Of a stretch of DNA of 64,000 nt, positions 51,650-64,000 are shown piece after piece. Position numbers and translations under genes: made by a program. Position 1 is the first letter of the stretch. Every line of letters starts with the position of its first letter. Source of the stretch: Basidiobolus meristosporus CBS 931.73 (lineage: Eukaryota; Fungi; Basidiobolomycota); assembly GCA_002104905.1 (NCBI GenBank), contig MCFE01000302.1:35403-99402 (forward strand), written 5' to 3'. The notes beneath the pieces were generated by a model, which was not told the DNA's origin, ran no database searches, and saw nothing but the letters and a program-made list of their open reading frames with translations.

Positions 51650-54373
51650 CTAAATGTGATGTGCAAAATTCCGGTGCTTGAATAGCTTAAGTTGGTTTCC
51701 TGCCACAGGTGCTCTTAGCGGTGTTCCATCAAGTTCAGACAGGTAGTAGCTCCCATTTCCAATCACCTTAGAGATAATATATGGGCCAGACCACTTATTG
51801 TCAAATTTGCGACTCCATTGCTTGTCTAAAGTAGAATCATAGAGCAGTACTGGATCTCCTTGCAGTAATGGCTTTGGTCTAAGGCTATGTGACTTGTCAA
51901 ATGGTTCCTTGTTCTGAAGTCTTGTCTCTTTGAGTTTAGCAGCTGCTTGGGTAATATCAAGTTCATGGTGATCAAGCTGTTTGATGCGTGTAGTCAGTAG
52001 TTCTTCTGTACTCATCGTAGTTCTCCACTCTAGCACATTCCAGGATGTTGAGTCAAGCTCTATGGGAAGAATGCAATCATGTCCATAAAGCAATTTGAAT
52101 GGAGATAGACCTGTGCTGCGTTTTGTAGTGATTCTATCTGCCCAGAGTGCTAGATGAAGTTGTGTAGGCCACTGTAGTGTCATGTTGTTGCAGCTCTTGA
52201 CTAGGGAGTTAACCAATGGGCCATGGCCTCTTTCAACCATTCCATTGGCCTGTGGGTGATAAGCGGTGGTGAAAGCAATATGAATCTTGTATTGTGAGCA
52301 GAGTTCCTGGATCAAATTTGAAGTCATTTCTCCTCGGTCAGCAACAAACTGGCTGATGCAGCCAAATCTGCATATTATATCTTCAAGAATAAATCTCCAT
52401 ATGGTGTGGCTTTTGTTATTGGATAGGGCTCGAGCTTCTACCCACCCACTCAGATCATCTCTGGCAACTACAAGGTACTTCTTGGTTCCAGCAGTTGGCA
52501 TGTGGACCAGGTCAATGCCAACCTTCTGCCATAAACAAGGTGTGTAGGTTGGATGGAGCGGCTCCTCATATCTCTTGGTTGACCTTCTTTGGCAAATGTC
52601 ACAAGATTCAACAAAGTGTCGGACATCATGATACATATGCTCCCAGTAGTATCTACTGGAAACAACATTGTAAGTGGCGTCTCTGCCTCTATGGCCACCG
52701 GGTCTTCCTTCATGAAGGCTTGAAATAATAGTCAGTTGTTCCTGGGGCTCAACTATAACTCTCCTTGGTGTCTGTCCAGGCTTTACTTGTTTGAAGAGGA
52801 GGCCATCCTTTATGTAGAAATGATGGGCCTTCTTCCTGAGCTTTCTGAAATCAAGTGGGCTCATTCCTGGTGGCTTCTCTAAGGTTCTCAGATAGTCTTG
52901 AATGGTGTTCCACGTAGAGTTGCTGGGCTTCTTCACATGTAGTTGTTGGATTTCTGCATCAATCATGTCATCAAAGTCAGGGTCCATATCTTCAGACAAC
53001 TGTGGTCCCTTCCTAGAGAGTGCATCGGCCACAACATTTGTCTTGCCAGGGATATGTCTGACCTCAAAGTCAAACATCTTCAGCCATGCCATCCACCAAT
53101 TTGTGGCATCATCAGGTAGGTCAGGCTTGTTGATCATTCCTATAAGTGGCTTAGCATCTGTCTCTAGGATGAAATGTGTCATGTAGAGTTGTGATTTCAG
53201 CTTTCTCAGCATCTTCACAACTCCTAGTAGCTCTCTCTTAATCTGTGAGTATCTTTGTTCTCTAGGAGAGAAGAGGCAGCTCTCATATCTGCAGGCATAG
53301 CGGTTGCCATCTTCATCATCTTGGCCAAGTAGTGCTCCAGCTCCTATAGGGCTTGCATCCACTGTCAAGATAGGTGGGCATTCAGTGCTCTGATAGTCAA
53401 GAGGTCTCAGAACTGGTGGAGATACTAAGGCCTCTTTTAGTAGTTGCATGGCTTCTTCTTGCTCTTCTCCCCAGTTAAATGGGGCATTCTTTCTCTGTAG
53501 TCGGTAGATTGGTTCTGCTATCTCAGAAAATCTTGGGATCCAGATCCTAAAGAACCCACAAGCTGCCACAAAGCCACGAGCTTGTGTTAGATTTGTGGGG
53601 GTAGGCCAGTTGCATATCTTTTGTGTCTTGGAGTCTCCGGGTGAACGACCAAAGGTGTTGCATTTTTGTCCAACAATGGATATCTCTGATACACCAAAGC
53701 TGCTTTTCTCACCACTGATGGTGAGCCCAGCTTCTTCAATGGCTCCTAATATGGCATCATTGTCTGAAATATGGTCATAGACAAACTTTCTTACTCCAGG
53801 CATAACTTCAGTTGTGTCCCAGAGTTTTGGTCCTTTGATGCCTATGTCATCAACAAAGACAGCAAGTTTCTCAGGTATAAACCGGTAGAGCACATTTACC
53901 ATGCACCTCTGGAACTGAGCCACGGAGTTTGTTGCCCCTTGGCTAAGTCTTGTCATTCTTAACAGTCCAAATGGTGTCTGGAGTGCAAACATATCTCTTG
54001 ATGTCTCATCTAGGGGAATCTGGTCGTATCCTGAGTAGAGATCATATGTTGAGTAGATGGAGTGACCACTAAAGCTTTCTGCAAAGTCATCAATAGACGG
54101 AGGTATTGCGGCATCTCTGATAGTGACAGCATTTGCAGGTTGCATGTCTTGAATGAATTGGAGCTTCCCATTCTTCTTTTTGGTCACAAACCATCTGTTA
54201 GCATAAGGTCCATGGCAAGGTTCTAGGATACCAGCTTCAATCTTCTTCTTAAGTAGGTCATGCACATCAGCTTGGAGTCCTCTAGGCAGTGGGTAAGGTT
54301 TAAATGACCAGGGTGTGTGGGGCACTGTATGAATTTTGATAGGTTTTTCAACCGATGTCTTTAAGAGTCCCAT
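51650..54373 (-). CDS. pol: G3 RT-RNase H-integrase, 907 aa open
   Basis: YDLYSGYDQI, LRMTRLSQGATNS, VFVDDIGI, VDASPIG, GHRG..CDICQ, GIDLV, ADRGE, YHPQANGMVER. Confidence 0.92.
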   Translation of the reverse strand: MGLLKTSVEKPIKIHTVPHTPWSFKPYPLPRGLQADVHDLLKKKIEAGILEPCHGPYANRWFVTKKKNGKLQFIQDMQPANAVTIRDAAIPPSIDDFAESFSGHSIYSTYDLYSGYDQIPLDETSRDMFALQTPFGLLRMTRLSQGATNSVAQFQRCMVNVLYRFIPEKLAVFVDDIGIKGPKLWDTTEVMPGVRKFVYDHISDNDAILGAIEEAGLTISGEKSSFGVSEISIVGQKCNTFGRSPGDSKTQKICNWPTPTNLTQARGFVAACGFFRIWIPRFSEIAEPIYRLQRKNAPFNWGEEQEEAMQLLKEALVSPPVLRPLDYQSTECPPILTVDASPIGAGALLGQDDEDGNRYACRYESCLFSPREQRYSQIKRELLGVVKMLRKLKSQLYMTHFILETDAKPLIGMINKPDLPDDATNWWMAWLKMFDFEVRHIPGKTNVVADALSRKGPQLSEDMDPDFDDMIDAEIQQLHVKKPSNSTWNTIQDYLRTLEKPPGMSPLDFRKLRKKAHHFYIKDGLLFKQVKPGQTPRRVIVEPQEQLTIISSLHEGRPGGHRGRDATYNVVSSRYYWEHMYHDVRHFVESCDICQRRSTKRYEEPLHPTYTPCLWQKVGIDLVHMPTAGTKKYLVVARDDLSGWVEARALSNNKSHTIWRFILEDIICRFGCISQFVADRGEMTSNLIQELCSQYKIHIAFTTAYHPQANGMVERGHGPLVNSLVKSCNNMTLQWPTQLHLALWADRITTKRSTGLSPFKLLYGHDCILPIELDSTSWNVLEWRTTMSTEELLTTRIKQLDHHELDITQAAAKLKETRLQNKEPFDKSHSLRPKPLLQGDPVLLYDSTLDKQWSRKFDNKWSGPYIISKVIGNGSYYLSELDGTPLRAPVAGNQLKLFKHRNFAHHI

Positions 54374-56503
54374 CTCCTTGTCGTTATATGAGAAAACCTT
54401 ATCATGCCTTTTCAGGGTTTCTTCAAATAGTAAGATCTCCTCCGGTGTTAGGTTTCCATCACCAATGATAAGTTGCTTAAGTCTCTCAGGTGTAAGTCGT
54501 ATATCTTCTGGTGTTCCTTCTGGTGGTCTGATGTAATCAGCAGGTCAAGACCCATCAGTTAAAGGTGTAAGTGATGGTCTAATCTTCTGTTCCACTGTCT
54601 TGTATTTTGTGCGAACCATAGCTGACTGCTCCTGTATACCTAATGAGCAGCTCCAACTGTTAGGGTGTATACTGTCAGGCTCCTCATCTTCTTCTATAAC
54701 AAGATGTGTCTTCTGGCAAGCGGTATGTGTCCTCTTATTGTTGGGTGTTACCCCACAGAATGTTGACTGTAGTCCTGGGTTGGATCCTTGTATAGTGTAC
54801 CACACTGACCCATCAGAATAGTTGGTAGTTGTAGCCTTAGTACTGGTCTCCCATGGTCTGCCTAACAGAAGGTCAAAGTTTGCCTTCTGGCAGATAAAGA
54901 GGGGAAGCCAGACCTTGATTCCTTGTACCTCAATAGGGAACTTGTGCACTACACTATAGAGTGGGCTAGACCCTGAGTTTGCATCAGTCATGTTCCATCC
55001 AATATCTCTATCAACAGGCAGTAGCTCCTTGCTTCTAAGTGTCTTCCAGAAGTCTAGCGGCATAACACAAATCTCTGAACCACTGTCAATATGGCAGTCA
55101 ACAGGGTCATCATATATGTACCCTTTCACCACAGCAGTTGCAACTGAGTAAAAGGTCTTGTATTTGGTAGCGGTGTCATCCTTTTTGTGGTCTTCATGGT
55201 TTGTCTGGATTATATGGGTGTCCATATGTTCAACAGCTTGTCTTCTTGTTCTAAGCTGCTCATCAAAGGTCTTCCTAACAGACGGTGATACACTCATGAT
55301 TTCTCCAACTGACAAAGTGAGGTTCTGCTTCAGTAGTTTCTCAGTAATCAATTGGGGGCTTGAGTAGCCTGCTATCTTTGAGGTCATCTGAAAGTGAGGT
55401 AATGGGTCTTGGGTAGGCAGTGTTCTAGGCCTCTTGTCAATAATAACCTCAGGCTCTTCAAATCATGGTCTTCTAAGGATGGGTTTGACAGGTTCTTCAG
55501 GAAGGTGTCTCTTAGTAGCAAAGGTGTCTACTTCGTATTTTCTGTTGTCAGGGCTGTTTGGACTCACTGTATGAGTCTCAATAGGGGCATCAACAGTAAT
55601 CTTTCTAGTTGCTGAGTCAGACTTCTGGAAAAGGGTTCTCATTCCGCCTCTTTGGAAATTAGTGGGAATCCTTTTTCCCTCCTTATCAGCAAGCATTCCA
55701 TCAGCATCAAACTGTACTGTTCCTTCTCTAAGTAGCTGGCTAAGCTCTGAGCATTCACGTCTGGCATGCTGAGTAGAGTCACACCAAATGCAGTGTCTAG
55801 GCAGAGCTCTTTGGCCCTCAGTAGCTACTTTGGCTGAGCCGTTAATCTTGAGGGCTAGCTTTTGTAGCTGTTCAGCAAGTTGGTCAATTCTGTCGGTAGT
55901 GTAGGTCTGATTGTCAGCAACAGCACTCTTTGGCTCCTTAGTTGGTTGGTCTGGCAGATTAGATGTCAGGAGTCTCATAAAGGTAGAAGTTTGCTTTGCC
56001 TCTAGGAGTACACGTTTCATCTCTGCAAAGCAAGGAATGCCAGACTTGTCATCCTTGGCTGCATGTAGGTCAACTTTCCTTGCTAATTCCTGGGGAAGCC
56101 CTTGTGCAAGGTAAAGTGTCATGGTAAACTCAGTTATTGCCTGGGACTCTAGGAGTGGCTTGGCCATATCTTCATATTGTTGAATGAACTCTTCAAGTGG
56201 TAGCTTGGAGAGTCCCATCCTCCCAAAGTGTCTGAGGTCCTCAATTCCATAGTATATCTGGGGTCTGCCATACTCGGTCTGTAGGTAGGTCTTCATTAAG
56301 GTCCAGTCAGTCAGAATGTCTCCTTGTCTGAGAAGATTAGTAGTAATATCATCGGTGCAGTAGTAGGGGAAGTCTTCAGCCATTTCTTGTTCAGATAGGC
56401 TGCACATCTTGCAGAGCTTCTCCCATTTGAATATGAAGCTCTCCACATTCTTTCCATCAAACTGTGGGGCTCCATGTGAGAGTGGTAACGGCATAGAGTT
56501 CAT
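54374..56503 (-). pseudogene. gag: G3 Gag (CCHC) plus DUF4100-like linker and protease, in frame with pol but broken by two TGA codons
   Basis: CIWCDSTQHARREC; HIDSGSEICVM. ORFs 55463-56503, 54545-55387 and 51650-54373 share one frame; TGAs at 55463 and 54545. Confidence 0.88.
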
Positions 56504-57949
56504 TTTGGGTAGGTAGGTTGGTGTTGTAGTCTTGATAATATTGGTAGTCTTGTTTCAATAAATGGGTAACGGCTCAAATCTTCAGGTAAATCTTGTTGGG
56601 TCCTAGGGAGCTTGTATGAACCCCCCACGTTGGGTGCCAAATATGTGGTGGTGTATAAGTCCAAAGGGCAAAATACGGCCAACACTTCTCAAGTGTGAAT
56701 GTGTGTGGGTGTTCACTGGGTGCAATAACCTCTGGCAAAAGCTTGCTAGGAATACTGGGTCTTTGTCTAATCTAATGTGATGGGGGATAAAGCCTCAAGC
56801 TTGTCAAGGGAAAACTATTGAACTACAATCCCCAACTTAGTTGGCATCTTAACAAAAGTTTATAATGGCTTCGACGTCCTTTGAGATGACAATGTACTAA
56901 AGCTTCCAAAGTCAAAACAACTGTAAACTCCACCAACAGGGACTTGATAAGAATGCAGCTTTGACCAATAGTTACAAAGACTGAAAAGTATCTTTGCCTG
57001 TACAAGAACAAACTTGGGAAAACAAACAAATATAATAAAATATACCTACTCTGAGTATTCCTCACAAGTAGTGCCTCCAAGGTCAGTTGGCTGTCAGCGC
57101 GGTTTCCTGGGAGTGTCGTCAGGTCTGAGTCAGAAAATAGTGGTAATAGGTAGCGGTGATCTCACTAATCAATAAGTCGGAATATTGGAAGAGGGATCAT
57201 TTATTTTAAGGGATAGCCTTCCTTATATACTTTTTTTTTGCTGCTCAAATTCTTGCTAGAAAATACTTTCCGGAAGTTTCCAGAAGGTACTAGACAACCA
57301 ATCATGTCTTTGTGTACTAAAAATAGCGCAAATTCTTGGCGGATTGTTCTATGAGACATAGTAGCACCTAGCCAATCAGGTAGTGGTAATATGAAACCTC
57401 TGTGTCATGTGGTTGCCTCTTATGGTAGTGAGATGGGGGTTATGAAACCAAGATGGTCACGTGACATGGGCACTGTTGGGTACTTGCCTTATAAGGTAAC
57501 TATCTTATCTTGGCATCTTGGCAAGGAATAAGAATAGCCTGTGCAATGGGTTAATAGTGACAAATAGTTTGTCAGGTTGCATAGTAATAATCACATAGAC
57601 AAAAATAGGAAATATTGCAAATTGGGATGATAATAATATAGGCGGGGTAATCCTTTTTAGGGAAGTGAACGCATAAGAATGAGCACATCTGCCTGTGGTG
57701 TCACTGTGACCCCACTACAGCGGTGTTGTATAAGTCCAAACTGAGCTATAAGAGCTACTAGGAGATAAACTTGGGCAACTTAAGTCTGAACTTGCAAAAG
57801 ATGAATATATAACAGAGAGTATTTTTGTGTCATGTGAACTATATAGATTCAAGACAAAAAAAGATGTAGTAGAAGCCCATGCAAAAGGTATGCACAAAGA
57901 TAAACAAAAGCTGTATAGCAATGTTGTTGAACTACTCTCCCAACTGCAG

Positions 57950-60548
57950 TTGCAACTGAGTAACAGGTCTTATACCTAGTACCCTCATCATCCTTTTGGT
58001 GGTGTTAGTGGCTTGTTGGAATTATATGAGTATCCATGTACTCAATGGCTTGTTGTCTTGTTCTAAGCTGCTCATTAAAGGTCTTCCTAATAGATGGGGA
58101 TACACTCATGATCTCTCCAACCAGCAAAGTGAGGTTTTGTTTCAACCACTTCTCAATGATCAGATGAGGGCTTGAGTAGCTTGCAATCTTGAGGTCATCT
58201 GAAAGTGAGGTAATGGTTCTTGGGTGGTCAGCATACTGGGCCTCATGTCAATGGCAACTTCAGGCTCTTCAGATTGTGGTATTATGAGGATGTGTTTGAC
58301 AGCTTCTTCAAGAAGGTGTCTTTTGGCAGCAAAGGCATCAACTTCATATTGTCTGTTGTCAGGACTGCTTGAGCTCACTGTAAGACTCCCAATAGGGGCA
58401 TCAACTGTAATCTTTCTGGTTGCTGAGTTGGAAATCTGGCAAAGGGCTCTCATACCTCCTCATTGGAAATTGGTGGGGATCCTTCTTCCTTCCATGTCGG
58501 CAAGCATTCCATCAGCATCCAACTGTACAGTTTCTTCTTTGAGCTGTTGACTAAGCTTAGAGTATTCTCTTTGGGCATGCTGAGTGGAATTACACCTGAT
58601 GCAGTGTCTGGGCCAAGGTTTTTGGCTCTCAGTAGTTATTTCAACTGAGCCATCAATCTTGAGGCTAGCTTTGCGGCTGTTTGGCAAGTAGGTGATTCTT
58701 TTGGTAGTATAGGTTTGTTTGTCAGCAACAGCACTCCTTCACTCCTTGCTCAGCTGGTCTGGCAGATTAGACTTCCGGAGTCTCATAAAGATGGACATCT
58801 GTTTTGCTTCTAGGAGAACATGTCTCATCTCTGCAAAGCATGGAATGCTGGGCTTGTCACCCTTGGCTGCATGTATGTCCACTTTTTTGTCATGTCTTGG
58901 GGAAGTCCTTGTGCAAGGTAAAGTGCCATGGTAAACTCAGTAATAGCTTGGGAATCTAGGAGTGGCTTGGCCATGTCTTCATACTGCCAAATGAACTCTA
59001 CATGTGGTTGCTTGGAAAGTCCAGTTCTTCTAAAGTGGCTCAGATCTTCAATTCCATAGCTTATTGGGGGTCTACCATACTTGGCTTGTAGGTAGATCTT
59101 CATTAAGGCCCAGTCAGTGAGTATTTTCCCTGTCTGAGAAGCTTGGTGGTATCTTTAGTGCCAGTGGTAGGGAATTCTTCAACCATTTCTTGTTCAGAGA
59201 GGCTGCACATCTTGCAGAGCTTCTCCCACTCAAATAAGAAGCTTTCCACATTCTTCCATCAAACTCTGGGGCTCTGTGTGAGTGTGGTAATGGCACAGAA
59301 TTCATTCTGTGTAGGTAGGTTGGTGTTGTAATCTTGATAATATTGGTAATCTCCTTACAATAAGTGTGTAATGGCTCAAATCTTGGGTAAATCTTGTTGG
59401 GTCCTAAGGAGCTTGTATGGGCCCCACATGTTGGGTGCTAAATATGTGGTAGAGTATAGTGTAAAGGAGAAATATCTCATATGTTGTAGAGTATAAGTGT
59501 AAAGGAGAAATATCTCCAACACTTCTCAAGAGTTTGTGTGTGGGGTGTTCACTTGGTGCAATAACCTCTGGCAAAAGCTTGCAGGAATACTTTGGTTCTG
59601 TCTCTAATCTAATGTGATGGGAATAAAGCTACAAGCTTGTCAAGGAAAACTATTGAGCTACAATCTCCATGTTAGTTGGCATCCTTAACAAAAGTATTAG
59701 CTGGGTTCAGTATCCTTTGAGATGACAGTGTACTAAAGCTTTCAAAGTCAAAACAGCTGTAAACTCCTCCAGCAGGGACTTTATTAGAATGCAGCTGTAG
59801 TCAATAGTTACAAAGACAGAAAAGTATCTTTGCCTGTGCAAGAACAAACTCAAGAAAGAATCAAATACAACAAAACATACTATATCTGAGTATTCCTCAC
59901 AAGTAGTGCTTCTATGGTCAGTTGGCTGTCAGTGCAGCTTCCTGGAGTGTCCTGTAGTCTGGAATTGGAAGTTCAGGTAGCAGTAGGTAGCAGTGATCAC
60001 ACCAATCAACAAGTTAGTATACTAATAATAGGATGATAATTTATTGTGGAGGGATTGCCTCCCCTTATATACTTTTCTCACTGGTTAGGTGATTACTAAT
60101 CAAGGTATTCCAGAAGGTTCCAGTGGTCAAATAGAAATATTATTGACATCCAAATGAGCTAAGAATGCTCTAAGTAGGTGCCAGAAGGTTCTAAGAGGCA
60201 CAGCACCCCAACCAATCAGGGATCAATATATTGGAGCCTGTGTAACATAGGAATACCATATATGGTATCAAAATGGTAAGGATAGTGACACAGCTTGATC
60301 ATGTGTTACAGGTACTGGTTTGGATACCTGCCTAACATAGAAGCACTTACATCCAGTAATCTAACTTAAAGTGAGGGACAACTTATGCAATAAGGTAAGC
60401 AGGTGTGATAGTCAGCCAGCTTATGGGATAATACTGATCAAGTAAGACAAATGGGATAAAACTAATATAAGGGTAGTAGAAAAATAGGGAAGTAGAAACT
60501 ATGGGAATGAGCACATCTGTCAGTGGATGTCACTGTGACCCCGCTTCA
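57950..60548 (-). mobile_element. Older truncated relative of G3: 5' LTR (59445-60548, family X), decayed PBS and gag
   Basis: Gag fragments align to 55463-56503; PBS remnant at ~59420-59440; ~37-bp tandem duplication at the LTR start. Confidence 0.85.
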
Positions 60549-61074
60549 ATGTCCTCAACTCATCTGTTAAGCTGTTCCATTGATTAGTCATCTGAGATCT
60601 ATCCAACTACTTAGCAGTTTCCAAGACATCAGCTGATTATTGAAGCAATTTCTCATTTATCTTATGCACCTATGAACACCCCAACATATTCAATGAGTCC
60701 AGTCACTTGGTGCTTACTAATTCAACTTGATCAGAAAAGTATTGATAAAGTTTACTGAACCTTTTGGTTTAGTGAGTGTCTCAACGAAAACAAGATTGTG
60801 CCTCAGCAAAATTAAGAATTCAACAACTCTGGTTTAGTTTCCATCCAAGTCTAGTATATCTAGCACTCCCAAGAAACCAAGCCTAGCCTACATAGCTAAC
60901 CAAATCTGTTGCCTTTATAGCCCAGCTTGGCTATATACAAGACTATTATTAGACCAGAGCTTCTCTGGTAATATTTCTGTCACTCTTGACAATTGTAAGA
61001 TTTTACGCTTAGTTGCTACTTAGGCACAGTTAACTCATTCAAGAGTTTATTACACTTTTATCTTGGAAACAACA
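60549..61074. repeat. Partial LTR family Z
   Basis: Homologous to ~46840-47365. Confidence 0.65.
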
Positions 61075-62060
61075 AAGTGACCTTCTGAAGCCATTTCAAC
61101 CAGGAGTACACTGGAAGCATTGGGAATCATATGTAGACCTTATAAGAATATTTATCCAGAAGCAGATCACCAATACCAACTTGACACATCCAGAGCTTTT
61201 GAGTAAGGAGTCTGTGATGTGATTTTAGTGGCAATACCTCAAATATAAAGCTGAATGCAGAGATCTCTGCTGCTACTATATCCATTCTCTATTCTATCTT
61301 GCTAGGTGTGTAGAGAATACTGGCCATTGCTTCATCTTTTGAGAGTTTCCTATGGAGCAGATGTGTGGGGAGATCAGTAGACAAGTCAAGTTGCAGGTAC
61401 TACCATATCCCAATCTCATCACAAAGATACATGGAATTCATTAAGGAAGACTTAGAAAATACTGAGGAGATATATGCACATGGCAACACCTATACCATGG
61501 CAATAAGAAGCTAAGCAGCCGCAATGCCTGGGTAATCAGTTAAGTAATGCAAAGTTGAGCTAGCAGCAACTGGCAACTAATTTACATTAGAAACACTCTA
61601 CCAAAGTATGCAGGGTTTCTCTTGGTTGCAAGCCAGTTTCTACATCATTGAATATGAAATTTACACAAACAAGTGGCAGAGCGCACCTTTAAGGGGGACT
61701 AGAATCTGGCAGGGAGAAGGAATATATTGGCTCAATTCCAAAAAGCTCTTTTTGGATATTTGGGAGGAATTCATGGCATCAGTGACAGTAACCAGGCATA
61801 TGTTTGCAAGATGCATATGTTACCAGCAATACAAGGTCTATGGTAACTTTTGAAGTACCATATTGAGCAGATACATAGGTAAGGTGATAGAAGTGTGCTA
61901 GTTGTAACAGGTGTGCATGTTTGTAGAGGTTAATAAGCAGGAGGCCATAGTTTATTTTTTGATTTGAGCTATTTGTGGCATACCCAAGGTAGTGGTGGGT
62001 AGGCAAATAAACAGGGGTGATTATACAATGGAATATATTAATTGCATATGGGGAGATACA
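61075..62060 (+). pseudogene. CACTA-like transposase C-terminal fragment
   Basis: Homologous to 27860-28540 (PMEQMC..RQVKLQVLPYPNL). Confidence 0.72.
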
Positions 62061-62429
62061 TAATAGTAAATTGGTATGGTAGCATTATACAGAGCTAGCT
62101 GTAGGCCACCATACTGCTGTAATAATATCATCAGAGGCTTGCAATGAGGCCATCAAGATACTATCAAGTTTTTTGCCATATATGGCAATGGGATGTACTA
62201 GCTGGTTAGATCCACTCAAATAGCTATAAAGTGCAGTAAGACTGCAATAATGCTATGCCACCCTTGGCCAAATACCACCCAAACACCATAGTGTATTTGA
62301 GCATTGGTTGGCAGTAAAATTGGCCAAACACTGTTGTGATCCCATCTTAAGACTACATAGAGTGTCATGCATTCTAAGCTACTAGTATAAGTAGTATTCA
62401 ACAATGACAATGCAAGTACTGGATGCACT

Positions 62430-63480
62430 GGATATGTATTTGGACAAGTGGCCTTTATAAGCATTTCTACCCAGAGTACATTGGAAGCATTGGGAGGCAT
62501 ACATTGACATTGTAGGAATAATTATGCCAATGCAGATCACCAATGACAACTTGATCATCTGCAGCTTTTATGCAAAGGGCTTGTGACATGATTTGCGTAG
62601 CTATACTGCAAGCACAAAGCCAAACATGCAGATCTCTGCAACTACTGCATTCATACTCTAATCCATCTTGCTTAATGTGCAGTGAATATTGGACCTTATT
62701 TCACCTTTTTGGAGTCTCTTATGGATTGGATGTGTGTGCAGATAGGTAGACATGTCAACTGGCGACTACTACCAGATCTCAATCTCATTACTAATGTGAC
62801 CTTCAATTTTTTTATGCGTATGATGAGTTTGCACTTGGAGGACACCCTGGAAGAGTTGGAATACATTGGGGAGCAATGTGCACATGGAGACACCTATGCC
62901 ATTGGCATTAAGAAGCTAAGCAGCCCCAATGCATGGTGGAATAGTTAAGTATTGCAAAGTTGGGTTGGACATAACAAGCAACTAGTTTTTATTGGGAAAA
63001 CTTTGCCAAAGTATACTGGGCTTCAATTGGGTATAAGCTGATTCTACACTATTCAATATTGAACTAATACAAACAAGAACCAGAGTGTACCTGGAAGTGG
63101 GAGTTAGATCTAGAAGGGAGAAGGGATATATTGGCCAAGTATGAGAAAGCTTTATGAGGATATTACACAAGTGTTCATGGCAAAAGTGGTGGCAACCTAG
63201 CATACCTTTGCAAGATGAATATGTAACCAGCAATACAAGCTTTATAGCAACTTTGGAAGTACTATGCTGAACAGATATATAGTTGAGGAGATAAAAGTGT
63301 GTCAATTGCAGCAGGTGTGTTCTTATGTTGGGGTTAGTAGGCAGGAGGCCATATTTGATTTGATTTAAGCTATACATGACATACCCATGGTAGAGTGGGT
63401 AAGCAAATAAATTGGGATGATTCTGCAATGGTGTATATGAATGGTGTAAGGGGAAGTTGCTAATGGAAGTACCATTTGGT
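62430..63480 (+). pseudogene. CACTA-like transposase C-terminal fragment (tandem second copy)
   Basis: NIGPYFTF..IGRHVNWRLLPDLNLI; colinear with 61075-62060. Confidence 0.72.
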
Positions 63481-63658
63481 AAATTGGTAAAGTAGCATTA
63501 TACAAAATTGGCTGTAGGCTGCCATACTGCCATTTTAGTAACAATAGATGTCTGCAAGAGGGCCATCAAGATACTATCAGTTGTTTTCCATATATTTTAA
63601 TTGGATGTACTAGCTGGCTGGAACTGCACAAACAAGTATAGGCCAACATGGAACCATG

Positions 63659-64000
63659 TGTTGTGCATCAACATTTAACACTTAGCCAACTTCACTCCAT
63701 TACAAAATCTAGTACTCTAACTGATTTTCCCTAACCCAAACATAACTAATCCCTGTTATGGTTTATTTTATCACTTCTCAGAAGCTATTTTTTAGCTGTC
63801 AAACCTGATCAATTTTTGAGTGGTCATTATGTCCTCAACTGATCTGCTAAGCCTTTCCAAAGGATTAGTCATCTGATATCTATCCAACCACTTAGTAATT
63901 GTCAAGATATTAGCTGATTAATGATGCAATTTCTCATTTATCTCACGCACCTATCAACACCCCAACAGATTTCATTTAGTCCAGTCTCTTGGCACTTACT
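63659..64000. repeat. LTR family Z, runs off the window
   Basis: TGTTGTGCATCAAC start, colinear with 46671 onward. Confidence 0.65.

Larger units (their letters stand above)
50528..57719 (-). mobile_element. Nearly intact Ty3/gypsy element (family G3) with ~1.08-kb LTRs
   Basis: LTRs 50528-51610 and 56644-57719, roughly 98% identical by eye; PBS TGGCACCCAACGTGGGG (tRNA-Lys type, 56623-56639); PPT next to 51611; candidate TSD GCGC/GCGG. Confidence 0.95.

Overview
Eukaryotic, probably fungal, window made almost entirely of transposable elements. It has no intact host gene and is strongly CpG-depleted. The oldest layer is a set of decayed CACTA/EnSpm-like DNA transposons (Transposase_21-type transposase plus a divergent, repeat-rich partner ORF). 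Inserted into it are: (i) a PHIS-superfamily DNA transposon family (DDE_Tnp_4 transposase, 11-bp TIR AGACTTGTTCC, ANT target-site duplications as described for the Pangu group), seen as three transposase-bearing copies (one with an intact transposase) and two MITEs; (ii) a full-length Ty1/copia element with a half-tRNA primer site; (iii) three Ty3/gypsy families, one nearly intact; (iv) many solo LTRs. The outlier is a ~2.1 kb island (17223-19290) holding an intronless, very compact and highly diverged pseudogene of a multisubunit RNA polymerase second-largest subunit (Rpb2/beta-like), plus a co-oriented orphan ORF remnant. It does not look like cellular Pol I/II/III and is best read as an endogenized fragment of a DNA virus or virus-like linear plasmid. 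All alignments, counts and family assignments were made by eye; no database searches were run.
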